A DNA stretch of 64,000 bases, taken from positions 84,816,001-84,880,000 of the forward strand of contig OX597820.1 of assembly GCA_951406725.2 (NCBI GenBank), in the 5' to 3' direction. The notes under the pieces are model-generated. The model had not been told where the DNA came from and ran no database searches. It was given only the letters and a program-made list of their open reading frames with translations. Origin of the DNA: Octopus vulgaris (lineage: Eukaryota). Positions within the stretch are counted from its first letter, which is position 1; every line of letters begins with the position of its first letter. Positions 1 through 13,762 of the stretch are shown piece by piece. The translations under genes and the position numbers were made by a program.

Positions 1-787
1 GTGATGATTAAATCAAGCTGACGATCCATGATGCGTAATCACATTCGTTATACACTGAGCAAAGCTTGAAATTGATCGATATAAATATTCTGAATAGCAA
101 CAACAAAATCAACAAACTATAACATTCTCGAGTGTTCGGCAATATTATAATCACTGTCACTTTACTAAATACCACAAACAAAAATAAAATAAAAATGCAA
201 TAGAAGTTAATATTTCAGAATTAAAATGGCCATACTTGGCTAATAAGTTGATTATTTTCAGAAAATATTCAAATACAAATTCATCTTGGATTTACCGTTC
301 TTATTTACCGCAGGAGATTTATGAGCTATTCTGAGATGCTATTTTTTCCAAACGTATTATAGAAATCTTGTCAAAATTTAAATGAGTAAACGGTAATAAA
401 TAACATTAATTCAAAAGAAAAGTGGAAACTATTTAACAATGCACATAAACCATTTCTTGAAAAAAGTAACAACAAATATCACTGAAACAAAATGCATAAA
501 TCTCAGGGAGAGGTGGAGGAGAGAGAGAGAGCGAGAGGGATGTATCAAAATACTACAAACAGTTTGAAAAATGTATAAAATATAAATCAATTATATTGTT
601 TTGCACATTTAAATTGAAATATTAAATAGGGATTAGGCTCACATATATAAACAATACACAAACGTGTTAATGATGATGAGCATATGGTGTAATAGACAAA
701 CACACACTCACACGCACACACAGAAACTCACATACACACATATATATGCATATTTACATGTATGTATATATACATATTATAAATAAT

Positions 788-828
<41 letters not shown>

Positions 829-898
829 CGCGTATGTGTGTATATGCGTGTATGTAAGCACACACATATATATATAAATACAGATATATATAAATACA

Positions 899-950
<52 letters not shown>

Positions 951-1529
951 CATATATATGTATATATAAATATATGAGAGAGAGACGAATGCAATTGCGA
1001 ATGCAATTGCGAATGCAATTGTGTGCGTATATGAATGCAAATGCATTTATATAACAAGTTATGTGACCGTATCTAAAAAGAATAAACATAATATTACACA
1101 CAATAATATATTTTGACATGTGTGTGTATGTGCGTCACGTGCATGTTTTTGATTGAGAGCGTGTGTATATAACTTTTCTATTTTCTACAACACTTACCGG
1201 CGGGAAAATGTTATTTATGTAAAGATACACCTGCAACATAAGAAATAATATAAAATATTTTAACAATGATGGACATTACCAACTACTATAGAATCCCAAC
1301 GTATTCGGTAGTTTCCTTTCAAAAGAAGTTTGAAGAATTACGATGCAAATAACCATTGCGACATGTATATGTGCGGACATATGTTCGTGTTAACGAAGAA
1401 CAACACATTTCTATGAAGAGTAGAGAATTCGAAAAGTGTTGCCCAAATGATGTTTCTAAAGACATTATGTAATCCCATATAATGGCACAAAAGTATGCCA
1501 AACTCTCACACACAAAAACAGACATACAT

Positions 1530-1690
1530 GCGAAGGAGTAACCGTGTGGTAAGTACCTTGATTAGGAACCACATGGTTCCGAGTTCACTCCCACTGCGTG
1601 ACACCTAAGGCAAGTGTCTTCTACTATAGTCTCTGACCAAGCAAATACTTGTGAGTGGATTTGGTAAAGGGAAACTGAAAGACGCCCGTC

Positions 1691-1743
<53 letters not shown>

Positions 1744-2041
1744 TAATAATAAAAAATTAGGGAATAAATCCAAACTTACAGGGAAAAATCAGATATAGGA
1801 TTGAATCCAATTTTATAGTAAAAGATTATATTATATTAAATATCCCCCGAACATCGCTTGACAACCGATGCTGGTCTGTTTACGTCCCCGTAACTTAGCA
1901 GTTCGGCAAAATTGACTGATAGAATAAATACTAGGCTTACAAAGAATAAGTCCTAGGGTCGATTTTCTCGACTAAAAGTGGTACTCCAGCATGGCCACAG
2001 TCAAATAACTGAAACAAGGAAAAGTGACTAAAAGTAAAAAG

Positions 2042-2043
<2 letters not shown>
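1530..2043 (+). mobile_element. tRNA-derived SINE, family 1; interrupted by (TA)n and a ~100 bp AT-rich insert
   Basis: Head ccgtgtggtaag...gagttcactccc (A/B-box-like), body ttgtgagtggatttggt..ggaaactgaaag, tail aagaataagtcctagggtcgat...ctccagcatggcc; homologous to copies at 37570 and 54962. Confidence 0.85.
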
Positions 2044-2082
<39 letters not shown>

Positions 2083-3485
2083 CTTACATGCATATATGAG
2101 AGGGCTTGTATGAAGGGTTGTAGGGGGGATTTTGTGTGTCGATATATCTGTGTGTGTGTGCGTCTGTATGTATATAATTTTTATTATTTTTACATATTTC
2201 TCCGTATTCTACAATCTCCTAGGTTTAGAAACCCTATATTATGCGAAAATATGCAACAATCATATCACATGTAGGGATCGTAGGCGTCCTACGGCTTTAT
2301 CCTAAATTCCAAATCGTGTGTAGATAGTGGTACTTATATTTGTTAAGAATGACCCCTTTAAACTTTAAATTTCATATTTTCTTACTCTCGATTTTATGTC
2401 TCCGGTCAATTCACTGTTACGTCATCTCTTGTGATATTGTGCAATAGGAGACAATTTTTTTTTTATATTTTAGATTGCTTCTTCCTCTACCTATATCCCT
2501 TGTTTTCCAGCTAATATCTATATAGAGCTGTTAATGTAGCTGATGCGTGTTACTCCGCAATCTTCTTCCCTCATCTTGTAGAGACCTATACGGACTTATT
2601 CGCAAGGAAATAAATAAATACACTTTTGCACCTTAATTCTGCTGGATTTCTTTGCGTGATTTTCTATTTAAAAAGGCCATCTTCATCAAGTACATCTCAG
2701 GAAGAATATTACCGGAAATAATTTTCAGTAGAGAACTTCTTTCGGGGGATTATTGAGCAATACTACAATCACAGACAGTTCTGGAGGGGGATACTCGTTG
2801 ACAAATATCTTGCTATCTGAAACTATGTGGACAAATCTTTAACGGTAAATCTGGTCTAAAAAGCCACATAAAATCTCATTCCACAACTGAGGCACATACA
2901 CATAGGTGGATAAGATATGTATTGAGCAGATATACATGTGAACACGCACACACACACACACACACACACATATATGTACACACATACATATATATTCACA
3001 GTAACAAATATGAGTATAGATATGCATGTGTATTTGCCTCTGCGTTTGCATACATACGTATGATAGTACAATGGTATAAACAACGTTACTTCATAGTTGC
3101 GTATATTAAACATATTACTGAATATTGTGTACACAGATACGTAGCAATCGATTCAAAATTATATGTTTTATATTTCTTCTTAAAGCACAAATGTAGACAC
3201 ATAGTTTTCAATAAACATATATGCATGTATTCATGAATTCCCCAAAATATAAACTCAAATACACTCATTTGCAAATACAGACATAGCTAACACATACTTG
3301 ACACAAAGACTAAACAAACAGAATGACTTACACATCTACATACAGCAATGAATACAATTGTTACATGATATATGCCAACGACTGCACCCATTTACAACGA
3401 GAACATCTTTGCATTCTCACGTGTTTCCGTAATAAATATTATTGTATTTATATTCAACGGTTTTATGATCATTTTCATTTGAAAA

Positions 3486-5657
3486 CACTGTGCAACAAAT
3501 ATCAGGTTCAAAAAAAGTACAAGCTAAGTAAGACTTGTTTCTGAGTCAAACAATTGTCCTGATTCTGATTCTGACCTTCATTTCTCCAGATTAGGCACCG
3601 TTTTCCTGTACCATGAACCATATGTTTTATAAAATATTGCATAATATTGCGTATTGAACACAACATTGTAAATACTGAAAGTTACAAAAAACAAAACAAA
3701 CATTTAGTTGGTATAACAAAACATATATTGGTTATGGATTTAAAATACACCTGTCAGTTTAAACAACTTTTGTCCTTCTAAGCCTCTTTCATCGTGATCT
3801 GGTGATTACCGCCCGTTGATAAGAGGCAACAACCTCGAAACATGTCTGCCAACATGCCAGGGTTTCATTTTCCTTTGAATCGTCGCTCCATCACTGAAAT
3901 ATCGTAATGGAATCTTTCGCCATGTTCATCACTTACATTACCAAGATTTTCCGCAAAAAAATCCAGATGGAAGTGAAACACATGCACTTTTAGAGACATG
4001 TTACATCCCATATCATGATAATGAAACAGCAGATCATTCACAACTTGCACATAGTCTTCTGAACGATGGTTGCCCAGGAAGCTATCACAAACTTTCTTGA
4101 TTGACTTAAAGACAATTTTCTCTTTTCTCTTGAGATGTGTGATGAAGGTTTCATCAAGTGCAATTTTTTGAATTTGAGGACCTATGAAGAAACCTTATTT
4201 AATTTTAACTGGACTCGGGGAAGGGAACTTTTCTGCAAGATATGCAAATGCAGAGGTGGTGAAAAAAATTCTTTCACTTTTCATATGTGGTTTACTAATG
4301 ATGTTGTGTTTTCCTTGCTCAGTTTCATTCTTGGATCAGCCAATCCTTGCGTACATAATATTCAGCTCTTGCTCTGGAATTTCATAAAAACAGGAAGCAG
4401 CGAAATTTAGTATAGGCAAGCTGAAGGCTAGTAAGCATGGCCACAACCTTAAAACCTGCACAAATATGCCTGGTATGGTCATCATACTGTATGCCTGTTC
4501 GAATTGCTTTCAAATGTTCATATGATTCTTTCATGGTTGTGCTATAAGCTATGGGAACAGAAGGCAGAGTGTCACCATTGTGTAGCAGAACAGCTTTGAT
4601 GCTGTCCTGTCTTTGGATGCATTTAATAAAAGTCGCTAGTCGGTTTTATTATATGTTATTTTCAGTTGGTAAGTTCAGCGATATGGTAAGTTCAGCGATG
4701 TCATTACAAAAGCGTAAGTCATCCGCCGTGGTCAATAATGCAAGCAGATCCTCTGTACGTTTTCTGTACAGTGTTGTCTTCACTCCTTTCTCAAGGAGAT
4801 TACGTTCTTGAAGCCTTGATGCCAGAAACTCACTTTTCTATTTGGTTAAATAGAGATCCCTGCACAAGCCATTTAGAGTCTCTTGAGAAAATGGTATTAG
4901 CTTATTCTCGCTTTCTGGATCATTGGGCTCCACACATTCACCACTGGAATGTTCATCAGCACTGCTGGAACTCTGCATTGCTTGATCTGCATGTTTGAGC
5001 ACAGGTAAATTTTCTGTGTGCTCTACTGAGCGCATTGCTGATTGCAATGTGTTTCTTTTTCTTTGCTGTAGTACAGCCTGTAAAGTCATGGTGACAGAAA
5101 TAGCAATATTTCAGCTCACGCCATATCATTGGCACACCAAACTTCATGTGAACATTTTCCCCTGCATACCAGGCCCCCAGTGTTTTCACACATGTAAAGC
5201 AACACACGTGAGGAGCCCATGACTTATCCTGGTCTCCTAAGTAACAATCGAAGTACGTCTTGTATATTTTCTTGATATGGCGTGTAATACCGAGCTTTTC
5301 TTTAGTAAAAGTCAGTTCCCCACAGATATAACAGACTCTGTTTCGGTCTTTTTTGAACTGTCTTGCACTCATTGTTGAAATCAAATAAGATCTGAAAGAT
5401 AAAAAATAACAATAAACACAAGCTTCGAATCACATTGTATGTGTTACTAAGATTAGTCTCTAGCCTTGGGTTGAAAACCCTTTTACAATGTGGTAGAGAA
5501 TTTTATTTAATAATAATAACAAAAAGGGTATACAGTGACAATTCTGTAGAAATCATGCCTAATTCAACAAAAAGAAGACCAGAAATGGATTTCCCAAAGC
5601 ATTTTGCATATAAAAATGACTACAGATCTCTTGTACTTGTTTGAGTCTTGCACAGTG
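3486..5657 (-). mobile_element. Chapaev3-type (CMC) DNA transposon, full length, transposase decayed
   Basis: TIRs cactgtgcaa (3486-3495) and ttgcacagtg (5648-5657), plus subterminal tcaaa.aagtacaag on both sides. Minus-strand fragments: CYICG..GDQDKSWAPHVCCFTC..PMIWRE..CYFC (ORF 4956-5384), PSVPIAYSTTMKESYEH..LQLAYTKFRCFL (~4390-4575), MSLKVH..HLDFFAENLGNVSDEHGERFHYDISVMERRF (ORF 3865-4050). Family assignment is from recalled motifs. Confidence 0.85.
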
Positions 5658-5904
5658 ATATTTGCAACAATATGGGAACAGCTCTTAAATTTCAGACATA
5701 AGGTATCATTTCACACTAATTCTACAATATGTCTGCCCTCTTTTCAATTTTGTAATTTTACTAATTGTATCTTTCAAAACTCATGATATATCATTGTGTT
5801 AAACGTACGCACACGCACTCAAACTCACACACATATTTTCACACTTATGCATGCACACATATATACGTATACATATACATACGTGTGTATATATATACAC
5901 ACAC

Positions 5905-6017
<113 letters not shown>

Positions 6018-6199
6018 GATAAGAATCAGAACGCCCTTGGTATAATATTATATATTTGAAAACATGAATAGAAATGGATTTTCGGATAAATTTTCCTCTT
6101 TCGTAATTAGATGTTTATAAGTTTTAAACGTCTAATTATTGTAGTGGATATATTATCAGGAAAACTATTTCTATTCATGTTGTCAAGTATATAAATATA

Positions 6200-6602
6200 A
6201 ACATGAAGTTCATTAGAATACAGCCACGCTGGGGCATCAACTTCAGGAATTTAATTCAGATTAATGGAGGAGATACTGGTACTACTTCCGTCCCCCTCAT
6301 TGATGTCCCACTAATTTACCGGGACGCAAAGAGACCACCGCCGATCTTCAGGACATGGAAACAAGCACATACAATCACACACACGCACACACGCACAAAG
6401 ACACACATACGGAAACACGCACAGGCACGCACACACACAAATGACGAGCGTCTTTCATTTTTCGGCTTCTAAATGCACACACAAGGCTATTGTGTGCCCT
6501 AGCCTTCTGTAGAAGACATTTGTGCAAGTGCTACGCAGTGGGCCTGAACCCAGAACCATGTGGTTGAGAATCAGAATTCTTACGATACTTGCACTCCAGC
6601 AT
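6200..6602 (-). mobile_element. SINE family 1, degraded copy
   Basis: gcagtgggcctgaacccagaaccatgtggttg is the reverse complement of the family 1 head; tail remnants at 6215-6340. Confidence 0.7.
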
Positions 6603-7110
6603 CTCACAGCACCAACCCTGGTCACTTTTCTCTCTCAAGTCGTTTTTGTGTATTTCTTATTTCCAGCTATGCATTTTCATGTATGTTAACTGATTTTCAT
6701 TTACTCCTTATAATTTTATACAACCTCAGTTACACTCCACTTAACTACATATAGTTTATTCCTGAGCATAATTCTAACTTTTCCAATGTAACGTTTAAAT
6801 CAAACTTCTACTCTTTCTTCCAAATTCCTTGCAATATCAAATCTGTTTTTCTGACGTAAGCCACATGCAATATCTTAATTTCCTTACTCATTTAACTTTC
6901 CATAATGTTCTTTATTTAATACTTTGCATGTTTCTCTTCTTTGCCGTTATTCCCCTTTCTTTTGCCCTTTGGCTACAACCTTTTTTTCAAACATATCTTT
7001 AGCAGCGTGAAAGGCAATGACTTTTCCACCTTCTCATACTAACTGCTTGTCTTACAATAATATAATTCATATCTCGTACTTTTATACATAATCATCGTCA
7101 CTTATCTAAC

Positions 7111-7337
7111 CTATTTCTTTATTACCCACAAGGGACTAAACACAGAGGGGACAAACAAGGACAGACATAGGTATTAAGTCGATTACATCGACCCCAGTGC
7201 GTAACTGGTACTTAATTTATCGACCCCGAAAGGATGAAAGGCATAGTCGACCTCGGCGGAATTTGAACTCACAACGTAAGGCAGACGAAATACCGCTAAG
7301 CATTTCGCCCGACGTGCTAACTTTACTGCCAGCTCGT
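7111..7337 (-). mobile_element. tRNA-derived SINE, family 2
   Basis: Reverse complement reads gagctggcag..ttagcacgtcgggcgaaatgcttagcgg..gagttcaaattccgccgaggtcgac..ggggtcgatgtaatcgac; matches the copy at 46591. Confidence 0.85.
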
Positions 7338-7989
7338 CATTTATCTAACCATTTTCCTTTCTTTACAGCATAGTCTTTCACTAAATTTCAACAAACTCTT
7401 TATATTTCTCAAATCCAAATACATATCTGCATGTTTAGGCGTGTACGCGTGAGATTATTGTGTGGACCTGTGTATGTGCAAAATCTTATACTAACTGCAA
7501 TATTCTTATCTCTATCTATTCTCCAATAAGCAAATTAAAGTGATTGATTTTACTGCCAGTATAGTTTGACTACATAATTCATAACACATGCATAACTTTT
7601 TATCTACTCGAATATTTTTTATTATAGTGAGTGATAATCTTAAACTTTGTTCCCTCGTTAGTTTTTATATTCATAAATACTCGTAGATTTTAAAATTTTT
7701 TATCGATATTTTTGTACAAATTTAAGTGTGTATTTTAATTCATATTTGCATATTATATGTTATCAAATGTAATTAAGATCACTATTATTACCAATTCTAT
7801 TACGCAGTCGCTTTTCTTAGCCATCTTCGTGTACATATTACACGTACATATTACATCACGAAAAATATACCGCTTCTTCGTAGTGTGTAAGAAAACCATG
7901 AAAATAAAGTTACACACACACACGCACATGCACTCATTCACGTGTGCACACACTCACACACACACACACACACACGCACATGCATATGT

Positions 7990-8990
7990 ACAAAAGGTGC
8001 TCGGGCTAAATTTGGCATTTCGCATAAAAGGAAAACACAGCATTCCACCCAAACATACAATTGTCTTTAAAAAATGCAAACAATATCAACTAGGTTATGG
8101 CTGGGGATAAGTATTTAGTTTAAGTATCCGCCCTCAGGTTCCATCATGGCCTTAAGACGGCTCACTACTGTGTCACTGGAAAGATCTTCAAACTCATCCT
8201 GTATATCTGACTCTATTGCTACGTTTGTGTTGCAAGAAGAGTCGTCCGACATATACATTTTCTTGGGATTGCAATGTGTGGATTAGTAGGAATTGAGTCT
8301 GACGAAGTCGCAGAAATTCCCTAACAATCAGTTTTGAATCTTTCCGAAGGTATGAAAAGGAACCGAATCGTGCTTCTATATGTATGACTTTCTGGAAGCA
8401 ACCCTCGTCACCCACCTCTTCACCACATTCTCCAGCTGCTTCACATAGCTATCTGAATTGAGCCTATAGCTCTGTTCGAAGGTTTGGGCAGCATGATTTA
8501 CCCTCAAGGTAGATGCACTCCGTGACCTTCAGAGTTTTGGGAAACATGGTTTTCTTCATACATGTGACATAACATGGTTTGTTCTGGGTTTATGCAACTG
8601 GCCCTGTCAGAATTTCTATTGATCAGAGATGTACAACATCATCCCCGTTTGAACAAGACGATTCACCTTCACGGAAATTTATTTTCCCTCGTCAAGCATT
8701 GGCGCTTGGCGCCAGATATCAGAAGCTGGCCCTTGCAGCTCTTTTACAAATAGTAGTGGAGATTTATGGTGTTGACTCTAAAACAATATATCTCCCCAAA
8801 GCCCGGATAAACTTGTTTGCATATGCTGCAGCTGTTGGATGAATAACGGCGCGATGAAGCATATAGAGGCACAGGCCACGGCTTTGTAGTCACTATTTCA
8901 GCTATTCTAGTCACTTCTTAAAACATTTACAGTGTTCACCGATCATTGAGCAGCAATCATAATATAAGCATTTCGATACACGGTGACAAT
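7990..8990 (-). mobile_element. Tc1/mariner (maT/DD37D-like) transposase remnant
   Basis: Minus-strand fragments SDQ*KF*QGQLHKPQN (cf. SDEKNFxQDQ), RLNSDSYVKQLENVV, SYI*KHDSVPFHT (cf. PYVWQQDSAPCHT), C-terminal SRLKAMMEPEGGYLN*. Many stops and frameshifts. Confidence 0.7.
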
Positions 8991-10089
8991 CATCATCATA
9001 GACATAGCATATTCTAATATTCATATATCTTCTAGTCCGCCAAGTTATTTAAAGATGTTCGGTACTTGTTGCCAAGCTTTTGACATGATGAATCCTTTCC
9101 GTGGTACGTTTATGTCGTATCATATACATTTGTACTTTCTTCTTCGTGAACTGGTCTAATTTTTTCATTTCTTCTTCGGATGAAAATTTACCAATTTTCC
9201 ATGAGGAGAGAAATGAAAAGATTTCCCATGAAGGACACCATCCGTGCGTGGGAAATATAGCCTGTCTACATAACTTTTGATGTTCAAGACCAAACACAGG
9301 TTTGAGGATGGAAACTATAAAGGTGTTTGGGGCAATATGCTTGTTGTAAACTTATCATATTCTCTTGAATCTCATGAGGCATCCGTTCCTGGTTTCCCCC
9401 TTATTTATGGGTTAGTTATATCTGATATTCTTGTCTTACCCAAGATAACTCTAATTGTTACCTGATTGGTGAGGCATTGTCAAGCCTTTATGTATGCATA
9501 CATGTGTGTATGTATGTATATATGTTTGTATGTATGTAATTTTCTACTTTTAAATGTTAAAGATCTTGCGGTAACGGGCTGGTTTTAATAAACATATCAA
9601 GCACCATTCTAAGAATGTACAAGCCAGAAAAGCTGCTACTTCTTGAACATCAGACAAGCCTTACATAGTTACACTGTTACAGCTGCAAACTGTACTTTTC
9701 ATGCGCATATTAATTGGTTGATTTGTTCTCTTGAAAATTTAGCCCTTCCAGATTATCACACTAATAATTTGATAACCGATGCACCGTTTATTATTGATAT
9801 AAATGTGTATGTATATAATCTGGGAATAGCAGCGGAAGCTATCAAAACCGTCGAATGAACTTACCATGTTTATGATTTTCGAAGAGATATTGACATCATA
9901 AGCGATGCTGAGATTTGTGAATTTCTTGCCTATCCAAAACACCAATATGAGACTGATATGTATGTATGAATATGCAGGGTACATCAGTTTAATGATGTTT
10001 TTCGTATGAATTTAGATAAAGATATATACATCATCAAAGAAATGCTATATATGAATATCACTTGGCACAAATACTTTTGATAATAACTT

Positions 10090-10900
10090 TATTACGCTTG
10101 TTTAATGAATCCAAAGTTAGCATCAGTGCATGCTTTAATACGTAGTTGGATGTGTTGACATGTCCGAATTAGATGATATTTATCAGCATTAGAGATATTG
10201 CTGGTTAAGTCGAACTGCAGAGATTGTAGAGTGCTATGGGGTGTTGATTGACCTTTCTCACAAATACTCAACAACGTAATCATATGATGTATCGCGGTCT
10301 AATGAGCTAGAATGCCATGTTTCAAGGAGAAAATGATCATGGAGAACGGCAGGCTTAAAGCAACCCACGCTTGTGTTGCTTTATGAGACGGTACAGGATC
10401 TTGTTCGAAGACGTACGGTCTTCTGTTGCGTACTCTGTCTGTCCAGACCTCAAACTTTTCTACAACACCATTGTGCAGACTGCAGCATTAACTCTTAAGC
10501 CTTATGAAATGGTGTGGAGGTATTGCGTCTCTCACGTTGCTGACTACTCATAGTATCGTCACATTTGCTTTAGATGCATTACCGTAGCAAGGTCATTAGG
10601 GTCCCTGAATAAACATCTGTCCAACCTTCAGATTTAACTTTTGGTCCTGATCGAAGTTTTTTATCATCAAAGCCTCAGAGCCTCTTAAACCTTAATCTTG
10701 TTTCGCAAATGCTTTGCACGTATCCTACGATTCTCTCGTGTCACATTCTACATAATCTGACCCCTCTGCATCACTTGCGATTTTTACAGGATGTTCTTTC
10801 ACAGAACTTTATTAATGATGAATTCTAAAACTTTGCAAGCATATTGCAGTCTCTAGGCAACGTTTAGAGAGAGCCTATATTTTTGCTGGGTCAAAATGTT
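10090..10900 (-). mobile_element. Second maT/DD37D-like transposase remnant
   Basis: Minus strand: KNFDQDQK, GLRVNAA, DRVRNRRPYVFEQDPVPSHKATQAW, and the ORF 10092-10283 end HLIRTCQHIQLRIKACTDANFGFIK. Confidence 0.75.
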
Positions 10901-11030
10901 GTCTAACATTACTTATCTGAAAAGTAACGTGAAAAAACAAATAATTGAGAAGAAAGAGTTTCTGAAAGAGGTGTCCTCAAACACATGACACACGCTATTC
11001 ATGCACACACTGTATTTTCATTTATCTATT

Positions 11031-11061
<31 letters not shown>

Positions 11062-11131
11062 TTCGCTCTCTCTAAATACATAAATAAATGAATATATGTA
11101 TTTATTTATTTACAGAGAGATAGAGAGAGAG

Positions 11132-11196
<65 letters not shown>

Positions 11197-11427
11197 ATGT
11201 TCATATTACCCAGCAGAACTTCTAGCAAGTGCAAATGCTAAGGGGAAATACTGAGCAGATATGGCGTTTTTGTAGCTTTTACCAAAGGCAAGAATTTTTC
11301 TTAACGATAACTGCAGTTAATTTGCTTTTAGAAGTTAAAATGTGTCACAAACATATTCTAACTAACATAAATTTCATATTTTCTCCATCACAGTTTTAGT
11401 CTGATAATGCTACTACTACTACTACAA

Positions 11428-11464
<37 letters not shown>

Positions 11465-12788
11465 ATGCGCGTGTGTGTGCGTATGTATCACTACATAGAC
11501 GGAGCGTAAATAAATGAATGACGGATAAAATGGAACTATATGAAACATTACACATACAGTTTATATGAAGTAAGCACATATTTACACCTATTTCAAATGT
11601 TCCACGTTATTCGTACCTGTCCTTCCTACTACTTAAATTGATCATCTCTTTAACACCAGTTACATTGCCATGTGAATGACTTCCTTACATTTATGATCCA
11701 TTTCTTTCGCTATATATCTTGAAATACGCAATACTTAAGCATTGTCTTTCTTTCAAACTAGACTGATCACTTATTTGTCTCTCACGATTACGCTTTCTCC
11801 GTTTTGCTCTGTATCTCCATTACTGTGTCCTTCGCTTACTTTAGCTACCACTTGTCATGATGTCTCACTGACAAAGTATACGCTTATGCATCAGGTAAGA
11901 GTTTCACGTTACGCTGCTCATTTCTAAGCAATGCTAGGGTTAATTTATATTTTTATTTTCATGCTCGTACCCGATTTTAGTAAAATCCAAATATTTCCAA
12001 TAATCTGTTCTACCAATCGCCGCCTCATTATAACTCTTTATTGCATATAATGGACATCTTACTCTGACTGGCTGAGCGGGCTGAACCTGTATTATCTATT
12101 ATCAATTTATTTTGCTCCTGATGCTTCAGTCACACTACTAGACTCTTCATAAGTTACTCTAGACTGCAATGATTCTCAGGTTGCAAATTTATTTACTTTA
12201 ATAACATACGTTCTTTTTTTCTCATTCAGTTTTCCAATCTATCACACACATTCACGATAATTCTTACTACAACTCCTACAAAACTTCTCCCTATCTTTAC
12301 ATTTTAGTGTAAACACTACCTCTTACACGCACTCGGCTTTCGCTTTCTGGAGAAAATGTAGTGAATTTCTCGCACAGAGATAGTCACAAAATTTGTGCTC
12401 GCTAGGATTACTTTTATTTCTATGTTTATGAGTAAATATGTCTTAGCATTGCCCCTGCTTACATATGAAGCAATTTTTGTAGTTAAACCATATGTACCGA
12501 CAATTCAATTCTACTTCAAGTCAAACACATCTGCAGTTTTTCAAATAACTGCCTTATATATATATATATATACATATATATATCTGTTAACATTTCTCGT
12601 CATTCTCCTTCAAAACACACTAAATTTCGATATTTCTTCTACCCGACTTTCCTATGTTTGCATAACTGCAATCCTGTTGAATGTGTTGGAATTACAACAT
12701 CCGATAAGTCAAAACAAAATTTAGTGATTGTTCATCCCACGTTTTTAATAGGGTTTTCTTACACACACACACATACATACATACACAT

Positions 12789-12873
<85 letters not shown>

Positions 12874-12876
<3 letters not shown>

Positions 12877-13450
12877 TACAAATATGGGATTTTACCAATA
12901 TAACCGTATCTCCTATTTCATATTGTATGAAGGTTTCCTAAGATTTTGCATTTTCTATTTATATCTGTACAGTAATTTTAGGTTTTTAATTTCTTTCATT
13001 AGTTTAATTTTTAATTTTTAAAAAATATATATTTGTTATTTATATATTTTAATTTTTTTATGTTTGTATTTGTATTCTTATTTTTCTAATAAATATCACT
13101 TTTAATATGCATTTTTGACTTTGATCCGGTAATAATAATAAGAATAAAATAAATAGCCTGAGGACGCACTTTTGGATTTATTTATTAGGTATAGCCTGTG
13201 TAAACTCCTCACCTGCGCAGAAACAAGTGTATTGTTGATTAAATATATCTTCTTTCCCCACAGACTAATAACAGGTAAGTTATATAGAATTTTTGAAATA
13301 TTTTTTCTAATAATTTTATTGTATCTTATATTAGGTGTTTAAATGTTTATATTATGCTATTGGATATTATGTTCTATGTGTATTCCATGCAATAAAGATA
13401 TCCTGAAATAGGAGGTGCGGTTCTATTGATAAAATCCCAAATTTGTAATA
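12874..13450. mobile_element. Non-coding element bounded by 47-bp inverted repeats, probably Penelope-derived
   Basis: 12874-12920 matches the reverse complement of 13404-13450 at 42/47; directly follows a (CA)n(TA)n tract; contains a hammerhead-like core. Confidence 0.6.
13152..13236 (+). ncRNA. Candidate type I hammerhead ribozyme with long stem II insert
   Basis: aatag-c-CTGAGGA (13158-13164)-cgca...tgcg-ca-GAAA (13220-13223)-caagtg-TA-ttgtt. Stem I relies on two G:U pairs. Confidence 0.45.
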
Positions 13451-13538
13451 TTATAAATGATAATGGTCACATTGCATTAGTAAAGTGTAAAATATTAAAT
13501 GTGCTAATAACATGGAATACTTATTATTCCCTAAGTTT

Positions 13539-13612
<74 letters not shown>

Positions 13613-13762
13613 CATATATAAATTAAATTAGAGATAAAACCACTACTAGGCAAATCAAACAGTGAAAAACATAAACCAAAACATAAAAATAAAAATAATT
13701 AGTATAATATACAAATAATATACAATATATATATATTCATATATATATATATATATATTTAT

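Noticed and set aside
986-1021. Three 12-bp repeats gaatgcaattgc as a CRISPR-like or regulatory array
   Set aside because: No spacers, eukaryotic context; simple slippage repeat.
728-1119. YIYI/HTHT/poly-I/L/S/F ORFs here and throughout the track
   Set aside because: Translations of microsatellites with no coding evidence.
2660-2850. Possible GIY-YIG remnant (EQYYNHRQ..LSETMW) and a ctgatgc..gaaa motif at 2550-2625
   Set aside because: Too degraded; the core is not canonical and stems are unclear.
8298-8320. ctgacga..gaaa hammerhead-like string
   Set aside because: Lies inside a mariner coding remnant and has no stem I or III.
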